Origin: Coriobacteriia bacterium
GTDB taxonomy: Bacteria > Actinomycetota > Coriobacteriia > WRKU01 > WQUG01
DNA: 36,797 bases
Direction: 5' to 3'
NCBI GenBank assembly: GCA_009785705.1
Contig: WQVS01000001.1
Coordinates: 72,689-109,485 of the forward strand
The notes below the pieces were generated by a model. That model was not told the origin of the DNA. It did no database searches and worked only from the letters and a program-made list of their open reading frames with translations. The position numbers were made by a program, and so were the translations under genes. Positions 26,685 through 35,112 of the stretch are shown here, one piece after another (the first letter of the stretch is position 1; each line of letters opens with the position of its first letter).

Positions 26685-28002
26685 TCAGGACAGCCGCGAC
26701 CGCTTGCGTGAAAGTAGGACTGCAGGCAAGAAGCCCTACCATGAGACTGATGCCGAAAGGAGAGGTAGGAGACGAGAGTCGGCAAAAGCTTCACGTAGTA
26801 CTTCATCTGCCTCTCGTCGCTCATCAAGGCATCATTCGCAGGATTCAAATCAGATTGAATCACCTGAAAGATTTCAAGGTGCTGCTGCTTCGCAGCCAGA
26901 ACTTCGTTTGCGCGCTCCAAAAAGGCAGCAACAACAAAACGTTTCTCCTGAATCCAATTATGAAGCTCGAAGCAAAACTGCTGAGAGAGAGCGTGCTGCA
27001 GGAAGACCTGTTAGACGCATAGGGTCAAAACTAGACACATCAACATCTAGAGGAGTCGCTAGGCGTTCAATCTCCTATAAGGACACAGATCCTTTAGCAA
27101 AGGTGAGTAGCTCGGGTCGTTCTGGTAGACAGAAAGAGAGTACCCTTGATGAAAAATTTGAACCTAATAGAAAGACTAAGGAACAAAGAGAGGTAGACCG
27201 TAAGCAGCGAGCACGCAGAGGTGAGCATCGTCTACGTGTTCTAAAAATTGCAGGTATGTTTACTTTCGCCGCCAGTGTTTTGGGTTTGCTTATATGGGGC
27301 GGTTTTGTCTTGGCAGATTCATCACTCTTTTATCCAGACGATGTGCAGGTACAAGGTGCGCGCTTTTTGAGCATAGATGATATAGAGAGCATTGCCCAAG
27401 TAAGTCCTGCCCATTCCACCCTTACGATGGATACTTCAGAAATTGAAGATCGCCTTCAAGCTAATCCTTGGATTGCACGCGCCAGTGTCTCAACTCATTT
27501 CCCCAGTGGAGTAAGTATAGAGATATCAGAGCGCACTCCTGCTATAAAGGTTGAGGCGGGTGAAGTCAGCTGGGTTGCTTCGAGTGACGGTAGGTGGTTG
27601 GGCATGATTGAGGGGGATGGCACTGAAATCATTAATCCAACAGGAACAGTGGAAAATGTTGATGTAGAAAATTTCAACATCATTCCTGTCTCAGAGGTTA
27701 TAGAGTTCACTACAGAGTGGGGCGAACCTGTAGCAGATGAATCTCTGCAAAACGTGCTTGCGCACCTGCGTGGGTTAGATTCTCAGATTGTATCACGCGT
27801 TCAGCGCATCTCTGCTTCAGAAATTGGCAGGACATCTCTTTTTACTACTGATGGGGTAGAGCTAGATGTGGGAAGGGCAGATAACCTAGCTGATAAAAGC
27901 ACAATTATCCTAGGCATTCTTGAAGCACATGGCGAGAATGTGGTGCTCATCAATGTGCGCAGTATAGAGAATCCGACCTGGCGTGGCTTAAATGTGAGGT
28001 AA
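26665..28002 (+). CDS. ftsQ: Cell division protein FtsQ/DivIB with a long basic disordered N-terminal region
   Basis: About 190 aa of Arg/Ser/Lys-rich low-complexity sequence, one TM helix (IAGMFTFAASVLGLLIWGGFVLA), then a POTRA-like and FtsQ-type periplasmic domain. ATG 26665 overlaps murC by 20 nt. The ORF opens at TTG 26638. Confidence 0.8.
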   Translation: MSARLSNQDSRDRLRESRTAGKKPYHETDAERRGRRRESAKASRSTSSASRRSSRHHSQDSNQIESPERFQGAAASQPELRLRAPKRQQQQNVSPESNYEARSKTAERERAAGRPVRRIGSKLDTSTSRGVARRSISYKDTDPLAKVSSSGRSGRQKESTLDEKFEPNRKTKEQREVDRKQRARRGEHRLRVLKIAGMFTFAASVLGLLIWGGFVLADSSLFYPDDVQVQGARFLSIDDIESIAQVSPAHSTLTMDTSEIEDRLQANPWIARASVSTHFPSGVSIEISERTPAIKVEAGEVSWVASSDGRWLGMIEGDGTEIINPTGTVENVDVENFNIIPVSEVIEFTTEWGEPVADESLQNVLAHLRGLDSQIVSRVQRISASEIGRTSLFTTDGVELDVGRADNLADKSTIILGILEAHGENVVLINVRSIENPTWRGLNVR

Positions 28003-28106
28003 CATAGGGGTAACGTTCTTTAAGAAATCTTGCTATGGATACACCCTGTGAGCTGTGTTTTAGTTTAACATTAAAGTAGCGATTTAGACTTATTATCTAT
28101 CTAAGC

Positions 28107-28136
28107 TTGAACCTTGGCTGAACTAATGAGATTATT
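28107..28136 (+). promoter_or_regulatory. Candidate ftsZ promoter (TTGAAC-N17-GATTAT)
   Basis: TTGAAC at 28107-28112 and GATTAT at 28130-28135, in the 235-nt ftsQ-ftsZ spacer. A second TTGAAC at 28167-28172 lies exactly 60 bp downstream within a repeated CTTGAACCTT motif. Confidence 0.3.
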
Positions 28137-28237
28137 CGCTGTTATGACTACACCCTTAACTTAAACTTGAACCTTAGACTTGAAGCTTATTTTAAGTATG
28201 GGTACGTGGGGGAAAACTGGAAGGCGGTAGTAAAGAT

Positions 28238-29353
28238 ATGTTGGACACAGGTGCAAATTACCTAGCAGTCATTAAGGTTGTTGGTATTGGCGGCGGCGGT
28301 ACCAATGCGGTCAATCGAATGATTGAAGCTGGGGTAAAGGGCGTTGAGTTTATTGCAATTAATACTGATGCTCAAGCACTCCTCATGTCAGATGCAGACT
28401 ATAAGGTGCACATTGGCGTCAATCTGACCAAGGGTCTTGGTGCAGGTGCAGTCCCTGATATTGGGGCCCAGGCTGCAGAAGAAAATAGAGCAGAAATCCG
28501 TGAAGCACTGCAAGGTGCAGACATGGTCTTTATCACAGCAGGCGAGGGTGGTGGCACGGGCACAGGTGCAGCCCCCGTTGTTGCAGAGATTGCCCGCGAA
28601 GAAATTGGTGCGCTGACCGTAGCAGTTGTTACACGCCCCTTCTCCTTTGAGGGAAATAAGCGCAAGAAGCAGGCTGAAGAGGGCATTAAGAAATTAATGG
28701 AAGAAGTAGATACTCTCATTGTCATTCCTAATGACAGGCTACTGCAAGTCGCAGAGAAGAAAACATCTATGCTTGATGCTTTCCGCTATGCAGATGATGT
28801 GTTGCGTCAAGGAACGCAAGGCATTACTGACTTGATTACCGTTCCTGGCCTTATCAACCTTGACTTTGCAGATGTGCGCACAGTTATGGAAGACAAAGGC
28901 TCAGCACTTATGGGTATCGGCCTTGCAAGTGGGGACAATCGTGCAGTAGATGCTGCCACAGCGGCAATCTCAAGCCCGCTGCTAGAAGCGTCTATCCAGG
29001 GCGCAGATGGTCTACTGCTTTCTCTGGCTGGCGGTAGCGACCTGGGTATGCTTGAAGCTAATGAAGCTGCAGAAATCGTAGCAAATGCTGCAGCACCTGA
29101 TGCCAACATTATCTTTGGTACCGTAATCGATGACTCTCTGGGTGATCAAATTAGAGTTACGGTAATCGCAACAGGGTTTGCGGGAGGTCAAAAGAGAAAA
29201 TCTTCAGAGACCGTGGGAATTGAGAGCATCATGAGTGGTGCCGGAGAAGACTCAGAGGCAACAGGTCACATTCCGAAATTTGAACCACTAGGTGGCCCAT
29301 CAGCAGCAGATGACGATATAGATATACCAGACTTCTTAAAAAGAAGATTCTAG
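28238..29353 (+). CDS. ftsZ: Cell division GTPase FtsZ
   Basis: [15 protein letters not shown], tubulin signature [20 protein letters not shown], and the C-terminal conserved peptide [14 protein letters not shown]. Confidence 0.97.
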   Translation: MLDTGANYLAVIKVVGIGGGGTNAVNRMIEAGVKGVEFIAINTDAQALLMSDADYKVHIGVNLTKGLGAGAVPDIGAQAAEENRAEIREALQGADMVFITAGEGGGTGTGAAPVVAEIAREEIGALTVAVVTRPFSFEGNKRKKQAEEGIKKLMEEVDTLIVIPNDRLLQVAEKKTSMLDAFRYADDVLRQGTQGITDLITVPGLINLDFADVRTVMEDKGSALMGIGLASGDNRAVDAATAAISSPLLEASIQGADGLLLSLAGGSDLGMLEANEAAEIVANAAAPDANIIFGTVIDDSLGDQIRVTVIATGFAGGQKRKSSETVGIESIMSGAGEDSEATGHIPKFEPLGGPSAADDDIDIPDFLKRRF

Positions 29354-29472
29354 AGCGCTCCAGATAGCGCAACTTTGCGTCGCTCAGATTTTTTGAAACG
29401 GATACGTAGCTGACTACGCTTATCATTCCAAAAAATCTGGGCTTCTTGATTCGCACTATCTGGAGCACTCTA
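29351..29472. repeat. ~122-nt TIR-bounded long-hairpin intergenic element, copy A (MITE/REP-like)
   Basis: The arms are AGAGCGCTCCAGATAGCGC (29352-29370) and GCACTATCTGGAGCACTCT (29453-29471), which pair at 17 of 19 positions. Nested helices are CAGATTTTTTG/CAAAAAATCTG and CGTAG/CTACG. The element is flanked by TA on both sides and is related to 35113-35236. Confidence 0.6.
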
Positions 29473-29488
29473 AAAATTGTTGTTATAT

Positions 29489-29527
29489 AAAAGGGGCGTA
29501 CGCATAGTGCGCTCCCTTTTCTTTTTT
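29489..29527 (+). terminator. Intrinsic terminator of the dcw/ftsZ transcript
   Basis: AAAAGGGGCGTAC..GTGCGCTCCC hairpin (one bulge, wobble pairs) followed by TTTTCTTTTTT. Confidence 0.7.
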
Positions 29528-29736
29528 GGCACTATCCTTTTTCATTCACCCCCTTATACTTACCATTTAACGGAAAAGAAACGTATCGGTGACAGGCTTC
29601 TATATTCCTTGTGCTAACTTTGAGTCCAAGTTGCCAGAAACCAAGCACTTGAAACAGTACTTTTTCTGGTGGACTGATTGTTTCGTAGAAAGTGCTCGGT
29701 AAAGTAAGTAAGGAAAACGAAGGAAGGTAGAAAGAG

Positions 29737-30966
29737 ATGAAACGTAAACTACGCTTTATTTTGGCAGCCATGGTTGCTCTCGCCCTAGCTTTTGCCCTTG
29801 TTGCCTGTAACGGCGATGACAATGGCTATGAGAATGGCGATGATGCACGCAATGGCGACACCACAACATTCGTAATCGGTTTTGGTGGCCCTATTTCACA
29901 GGGTGCAGTAAGCTTTGGAGTAGGCGCACGTGATGCAACACTGCTTGCTGTTGAGCAAGCTAACGCAAGTGACGAAGCTCGTGACTTGGGAATCCAGTTT
30001 AGAGTTGTTGAGGGTGACGATCAGTCAGACCCATCAATGGCTCCACAGGTAGCAGGTGCTCTTATTTCAGAGAGAGACCTAGTTGGCGTTGTTGGTCACT
30101 TTAACTCAGGTGTAACTGATCCTGCAGGTCTTGTATACAACGAACATGGCGTAGTTCAAATCAGCTATGGTTCAACCAGACCAGACCTAACACACATGGG
30201 TCGCGATAACTTCTTCCGCACCTGTGCAACAGATGCTCTTCAAGGTCCTACTGCTGCAGACTCAGCGTGGGAACTAGGTTTCCGCACTGCAGTTCTTATT
30301 GATGATTCAAGCCCTTACGGTGAAGGTCTAGCTGCTGCGTTTAAAGAGCAATGGGAAAACATTGGTGGCGAAATCCTTCTTGAAGAAAGAACAGCTCAGC
30401 AAGAATCAGACTTTGCTCCTGTAGTAACTAGAATTAATGCTGCAGATCCAGACTTTGTATTCTTTGCAGGTACTTATGATTCAAGCTCTGGTGCTGGCGC
30501 AATGTTTGCTCGCCAACTAAAAGACGGTGGTTTTGAAGGTCCTACAATGGGTGGAGACGGAATTCAGGTTGATGGTTTCATCACTGAAGCTGGTCAACAG
30601 TCAGAAGGAACTATCGCAACTAAGCCAGGTATGCCTATTGAAGACATGCCAGAAGGCGCAGCATTCATTGAGGACTTTGTAGCTCTAACAGGTAACACTC
30701 CTGGTGGATTTGATGCATTTGCTTTCGATGCAGCAAACGCAATCATCAATGCAGTATACGAAGTAGCTCGTGCAGACGGTGTTGACAATGTGGCAACTCC
30801 AGCTGGTCGTAGAGCAATTATCGATGCAGTTGCAGGAATCAACTTCCCTGGCGTAACAGGTCCTGTATCTTTCGATGCTAACGGTGACAGTGCTAACCCA
30901 ATCGTTTCAACCTTCCTAGTAGATGGTGGCGAGTGGATTATCCATCCCGATGTTTCAACACCTTAA
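29737..30966 (+). CDS. Branched-chain amino acid ABC transporter substrate-binding lipoprotein (LivJ/K-like, type I periplasmic binding fold)
   Basis: Lipoprotein signal with lipobox LVAC (Cys24). The mature domain is typical of Leu/Ile/Val-binding proteins (..GHFNSGV.., ..FFAGTYDSS..), and the gene heads a livHMGF-like operon. Confidence 0.85.
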   Translation: MKRKLRFILAAMVALALAFALVACNGDDNGYENGDDARNGDTTTFVIGFGGPISQGAVSFGVGARDATLLAVEQANASDEARDLGIQFRVVEGDDQSDPSMAPQVAGALISERDLVGVVGHFNSGVTDPAGLVYNEHGVVQISYGSTRPDLTHMGRDNFFRTCATDALQGPTAADSAWELGFRTAVLIDDSSPYGEGLAAAFKEQWENIGGEILLEERTAQQESDFAPVVTRINAADPDFVFFAGTYDSSSGAGAMFARQLKDGGFEGPTMGGDGIQVDGFITEAGQQSEGTIATKPGMPIEDMPEGAAFIEDFVALTGNTPGGFDAFAFDAANAIINAVYEVARADGVDNVATPAGRRAIIDAVAGINFPGVTGPVSFDANGDSANPIVSTFLVDGGEWIIHPDVSTP

Positions 30967-31000
30967 GTTAGTTAGTTCTAAGATTTGATTTAGGCTGCAG

Positions 31001-31035
31001 AAGCATTGACCTTCATACATATAAGGTCAATGCTT
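31001..31035 (+). other. Perfect 13-bp stem hairpin between the binding-protein gene and the permease genes (partial terminator or mRNA stabiliser)
   Basis: AAGCATTGACCTT (31001-31013), a 9-nt loop, then AAGGTCAATGCTT (31023-31035). There is no strong T-run after it. Confidence 0.55.
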
Positions 31036-31167
31036 TGCCGCCATTAAGTTGTTTTGTGCGAATGAGAGCAAGCAGAAGAGGCGCGTTTGTATGCATCGTT
31101 TAAGCCGGCTTAGCCGTGTAGATGCCTAGCAACGTGCTTCTTCTCTGATTAAACAAAAGGCAGCCAT

Positions 31168-32154
31168 ATGGAATTTTTTGTTCAACTTCTCATTGATGGT
31201 TTGACCCTAGGGGGAATGTATGCGCTTATTGCGCTAGGATTCACTCTCGTCTACGGTATTCTGTTGATGATTAACTTTGCGCATGCAGAGATGTTCATGA
31301 CGGGTGGCTTTATAGGTTATGGTGTACTTAACCTGTTGAGCAACGAGTCTACTATTGCTACAGCTAGTGACTTTTTTGCCCCTTTGAGTATCCTGCAGTC
31401 GACGCAGCCCTTTTTTACGACGACGGCACTAGGATTTATTCTTATGATGCTGATTGTCTTTGGCGTTGCAGCCGTCCTTACCGGTTTGCTAGGTATGACA
31501 ATTGAGCGCTTTGCTTATAGGCCACTGAGAAACTCACCTCGCCTATGCGCCCTGATTTCTGCATTGGGTATGTCATTGTTCTTGCAGAACTTTGTACTGC
31601 TTGCAGTTGGTCACAGAATGGTGTTTCCAACACCAGAGTTTCTTGCAAACCTTAACGCTGTACCACTCTTTGGGTCGATTAGAATTGCGCCCATTGATTT
31701 GATTATCTTTGTTACTTGTCTTGTGTTGCTCTTCACGCTTGACCGCTTTGTTTCTAAGTCAAAGCTAGGTAAAGCTATGCGTGCGACGTCTCAGGATAAG
31801 GATGCAGCAGGCCTTATGGGAATCAACATTAACTCTGTTATTGCTTTGACCTTCTTTATTGGTCCAGCACTCGGAGCTGTGGCTGGTACCTTCTTCGGTC
31901 TAAAGTATGGTGTTGTTACCTTTAATATGGGTCTCTTCCCTGGTATTAAGGCTTTTACAGCTGCAGTACTGGGTGGAATTGGAAACCTGCGTGGAGCCAT
32001 GTTAGGTGGTTTCCTTATCGGAGTCCTAGAGGCTCTTGCATCTGGTTACCTTTCGATTGCGTATCGTGACGTAATCACCTTTGCTATTTTGATTTTGATT
32101 CTGATATTTAGACCAGGCGGCTTGCTTGGAGAGTCTGTAGTAGAGAAGGTGTAG
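31168..32154 (+). CDS. livH: Branched-chain amino acid ABC transporter permease (LivH type)
   Basis: 328-aa polytopic protein with N-terminal QLLIDGLTLGGMYALIALGFTLVYG and C-terminal FRPGGLLG, both typical of LivH. Confidence 0.9.
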   Translation: MEFFVQLLIDGLTLGGMYALIALGFTLVYGILLMINFAHAEMFMTGGFIGYGVLNLLSNESTIATASDFFAPLSILQSTQPFFTTTALGFILMMLIVFGVAAVLTGLLGMTIERFAYRPLRNSPRLCALISALGMSLFLQNFVLLAVGHRMVFPTPEFLANLNAVPLFGSIRIAPIDLIIFVTCLVLLFTLDRFVSKSKLGKAMRATSQDKDAAGLMGININSVIALTFFIGPALGAVAGTFFGLKYGVVTFNMGLFPGIKAFTAAVLGGIGNLRGAMLGGFLIGVLEALASGYLSIAYRDVITFAILILILIFRPGGLLGESVVEKV

Positions 32155-32159
32155 ATACT

Positions 32160-33452
32160 ATGACTAATACTAAAAATACATCTAAAAATACTACTGCAGC
32201 TTACGAAGATCAGGCAGTAAAAGGGAAGCCTTCAGCCGCAGAGGCAGTCTTTGGCAATATTGCCAAGCCAATGTTTAGTGGCAAGAAGGCTACTACTCCT
32301 TTAAAGATTGCTCTGACGGCCCTGTTGCTAGTTGTTCTTTTTGTTCTTCCAATCTACCTTCAAGGTATGGGCGAGGCATTGCTCCTCGCTTCATTAGTAG
32401 GTATTGGACTCTACGTTATTTTGGCACTTGGTCTCAATATTGTAATAGGCTATGCAGGTATGCTGGACTTCGGACGTATGGCGTTTTACGCTGTGGGTAC
32501 TTACGCGGCAATAATATTAGCCATTCCTCTTGCAAATCTATTAGGGCCTAGCCTTGAGGGATTAGTGTTTCCTGTAGTAATGGTTGGGGCAGGACTTGTG
32601 GCAGCCTTTGTGGGCTGGCTATTGAGTCTTCCCGTTATGCGCTTACGCGGTGACTATTTAGCAATCGTAACACTTGGCTTCGGAGAAATTGTTCGTATTA
32701 CCTTGCAGAACAATCCCTTTGATCTTACCAATGGACTGTTAGGATTGCCAAAAAGTGGAGACTTCATGCCTTCGCCGCCGTTCTTTGAGTATCTGCGCGA
32801 TACTGTGCAGTGGGCAATAGGGAATGAGTTCTTCTTTACCGTTACCAGAAACGTGTACTGGTACTACATGGTATTAATCATGCTTATCATTGCCATTATT
32901 GTAGTGCGCAACCAGGATAACTCACGCTTGGGTCGCAGCTGGGCTGCCATGCGCGAAGATGAGGTTGCTGCTTCTGCCATGGGTGTTAACATTACAAAGG
33001 CAAAGACTTGGGCCTTTGTATTGGGAGCATTCTGGGGCGGTATCGCAGGTGCCTGCTTTGGATTCTTCCTGGGTGGCATATCACCAGAACCCTTCTCGTT
33101 CCTTAATTCAGTTATTGTTCTTGCCATCGTAGTAATCGGTGGTATGGGATCAATCCCTGGTGTCTTGGTTGGTGGCGTTTTGATTATGGGCTTCCCAGAA
33201 CTCATACGCTGGTTTGCTATGAACCACTTAGGTCAAGCAGGTGGAGACATTCAGTCAATGGTTGCAAACTTCCGTAATCTTTTCTTGGGACTTCTCATGG
33301 TAATCATGATGGCTGTTAGAACAGAAGGCCTTATTCCGATGAAGCCCAAGTTCTACAAGTTGTTTGGAAAAGCTAAGTCCGGCAAAGGAGACAATAGTGA
33401 TGCATCTGCCGCAACAACCGGCGCAGCTCCGAAAGGAGGTGCAGGCTCATGA
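32160..33452 (+). CDS. livM: Branched-chain amino acid ABC transporter permease (LivM type)
   Basis: 430-aa polytopic protein with LALGLNIVIGYAGMLDFGRMAFYAVGTY and MRLRGDYLAIVTLGFGEI motifs. It has hydrophilic N- and C-terminal tails. Confidence 0.9.
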   Translation: MTNTKNTSKNTTAAYEDQAVKGKPSAAEAVFGNIAKPMFSGKKATTPLKIALTALLLVVLFVLPIYLQGMGEALLLASLVGIGLYVILALGLNIVIGYAGMLDFGRMAFYAVGTYAAIILAIPLANLLGPSLEGLVFPVVMVGAGLVAAFVGWLLSLPVMRLRGDYLAIVTLGFGEIVRITLQNNPFDLTNGLLGLPKSGDFMPSPPFFEYLRDTVQWAIGNEFFFTVTRNVYWYYMVLIMLIIAIIVVRNQDNSRLGRSWAAMREDEVAASAMGVNITKAKTWAFVLGAFWGGIAGACFGFFLGGISPEPFSFLNSVIVLAIVVIGGMGSIPGVLVGGVLIMGFPELIRWFAMNHLGQAGGDIQSMVANFRNLFLGLLMVIMMAVRTEGLIPMKPKFYKLFGKAKSGKGDNSDASAATTGAAPKGGAGS

Positions 33453-34411
33453 ATAAAGTAGTAGCAGAACATCAGGGTTACCTCATGCAGGCAACCAATG
33501 CAACTATCCAGTTCGGCGGCTTGCGTGCTGTTGATTCAGTAAACATGAATATTGAGGCTGGCACGATTGTTGCTTTGATTGGTCCTAATGGTGCAGGTAA
33601 GACAACATTCTTTAACCTGCTGACGGGAATCTATACTCCAACCGAAGGCGAAATTCTTTTTGAAGGAAGGTCAGTTTCAGGCAAGAAGACACACGTCATT
33701 GCAGATTGGGGCATTAGCCGCACTTTCCAAAACATTCGCCTGTTTAAAGAAATGACAGTGCTAGAGAACGTCATGGTTGGCCGTCACGTTCGTACGCACT
33801 CAGGCTTCTTTGGTGCAACTTTCCGTACACCTTCTTTTAGGCGTGAAGAAAGGCAAATCCAGGAAGACGCTGAAAGATGGCTAGATTTTGTTGGCCTGAC
33901 TGATCATGCCAACGATCTTGCAGCTAATCTACCTTACGGTGCACAGCGTCGTCTAGAAATAGCGCGCGCACTGGCTACAGAGCCAAAGCTAGTTTGTCTT
34001 GATGAGCCAGCGGCAGGTATGAATGAATCTGAAAGTGCTGATTTGGATGACCTTATTTTGCGAATTCGTGATGAGCTTAATATCACAGTATTCTTGATTG
34101 AGCATGATATGAAGGTTGTCATGAACCTTGCAGAGTACATTTACGTACTAGACTTCGGCAAATTGATTGCAGAAGGCCTACCTGCAGAAATTCAGTCTAA
34201 TCCTGCTGTTATCGAGGCCTACCTAGGTCAAGATATGGAAGCAGCTATTAAGGCAAAAAGACAGGCACTTCTTGAATCAAGAGGCGAAAAGGTGGCAACT
34301 CCACCAGCAACGCCTGCACCAGAGGCTGCACCAGAAGAGGCTGTTATGGACAGTGACGGTGTTGTCATGGTGATGGATGCAGATATTAAGGAGAAAAACG
34401 ATGCTGCTTAG
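33449..34411 (+). CDS. livG: Branched-chain amino acid ABC transporter ATP-binding protein (LivG type) with a ~65-aa C-terminal extension
   Basis: Walker A GPNGAGKTT, signature LPYGAQRRLEIARAL, Walker B LVCLDEPAAGMN. The start overlaps the livM stop (ATGA). A Pro/Ala/Glu-rich tail follows EAYLG. Confidence 0.9.
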   Translation: MNKVVAEHQGYLMQATNATIQFGGLRAVDSVNMNIEAGTIVALIGPNGAGKTTFFNLLTGIYTPTEGEILFEGRSVSGKKTHVIADWGISRTFQNIRLFKEMTVLENVMVGRHVRTHSGFFGATFRTPSFRREERQIQEDAERWLDFVGLTDHANDLAANLPYGAQRRLEIARALATEPKLVCLDEPAAGMNESESADLDDLILRIRDELNITVFLIEHDMKVVMNLAEYIYVLDFGKLIAEGLPAEIQSNPAVIEAYLGQDMEAAIKAKRQALLESRGEKVATPPATPAPEAAPEEAVMDSDGVVMVMDADIKEKNDAA

Positions 34412-35111
34412 CGTAAAGGATATACATACAAGCTACGGCAAAATCCGTGCTATTAAAGGCATCTCCTTTGACGTTGCTGAGGGTGAGATTGTAACCCTAA
34501 TTGGTGCCAATGGTGCTGGCAAGTCAACTACATTGCGCACCTTGAGCGGACTTGAGTCGCCGCATCAGGGTACGATTACCTTTGATGGGGAAGACATCAC
34601 AGGTAAGAAGCCTCACGACATTACAAAGAAGAGCCTTATTCAGGTGCCTGAAGGGCGTCGCGTTTTCCCGCAGATGACTGTTGCAGAAAACTTAGACATG
34701 GGTGCTTTCTTGCGCAATGACAAGGATGGCATTAAGGAAGACTATGAGAGAGTACTAGAGTTCTTCCCGCGCCTGCAGGAGCGCAAGAATCAGAAGGCAG
34801 GAACCCTTTCTGGTGGTGAACAGCAAATGTTGGCTATGGGTCGTGCACTTATGGCAAAGCCAAAGTTATTGACGCTAGATGAACCTTCCATGGGTCTAGC
34901 ACCCGTAATCATTGAGGTAATTTTTGAGATTATCCTAAAGTTAAATGCGGAAGGAATCACCATCTTGCTGATTGAGCAAAATGCAAATCTTGCCCTAGGT
35001 ATCTCTGACCGTGGTTATGTAATGGAGACAGGAATCATCAAGCTCTCCGGTACTGGCGAAGAGTTGCTAGCTAATGAGGAAGTGCGTAAAGCTTATCTAG
35101 GAGAAGACTAA
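34401..35111 (+). CDS. livF: Branched-chain amino acid ABC transporter ATP-binding protein (LivF type)
   Basis: Walker A GANGAGKST, signature LSGGEQQMLAMGRAL, Walker B LLTLDEPSMGLAP. ATG 34401 is 7 nt after AAGGAG and overlaps livG by 11 nt. Confidence 0.9.
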   Translation: MLLSVKDIHTSYGKIRAIKGISFDVAEGEIVTLIGANGAGKSTTLRTLSGLESPHQGTITFDGEDITGKKPHDITKKSLIQVPEGRRVFPQMTVAENLDMGAFLRNDKDGIKEDYERVLEFFPRLQERKNQKAGTLSGGEQQMLAMGRALMAKPKLLTLDEPSMGLAPVIIEVIFEIILKLNAEGITILLIEQNANLALGISDRGYVMETGIIKLSGTGEELLANEEVRKAYLGED

Positions 35112-35112
35112 C

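Noticed and set aside
26570-27022. Alternative-frame ORFs (minus 26570-26920, plus 26708-27022) in the ftsQ 5' region
   Set aside because: They arise from the low-complexity Arg/Ser-coding sequence, which stays open in several frames. The ftsQ frame continues into a TM helix and a POTRA/FtsQ domain, whereas these ORFs do not.
29528-29736. Possible riboswitch, T-box or attenuator upstream of the liv operon, and the 96-aa minus-strand ORF 29532-29822
   Set aside because: I find only one moderate hairpin (CCAGAAA 29634-29640 with TTTCTGG 29663-29669) and a 7-nt alternative pairing. There is no T-box AGGGTGG-type motif and no riboswitch core I recognise. The minus-strand ORF overlaps the livJ-like start and has no SD. 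A covariance-model scan would be needed before calling anything here.
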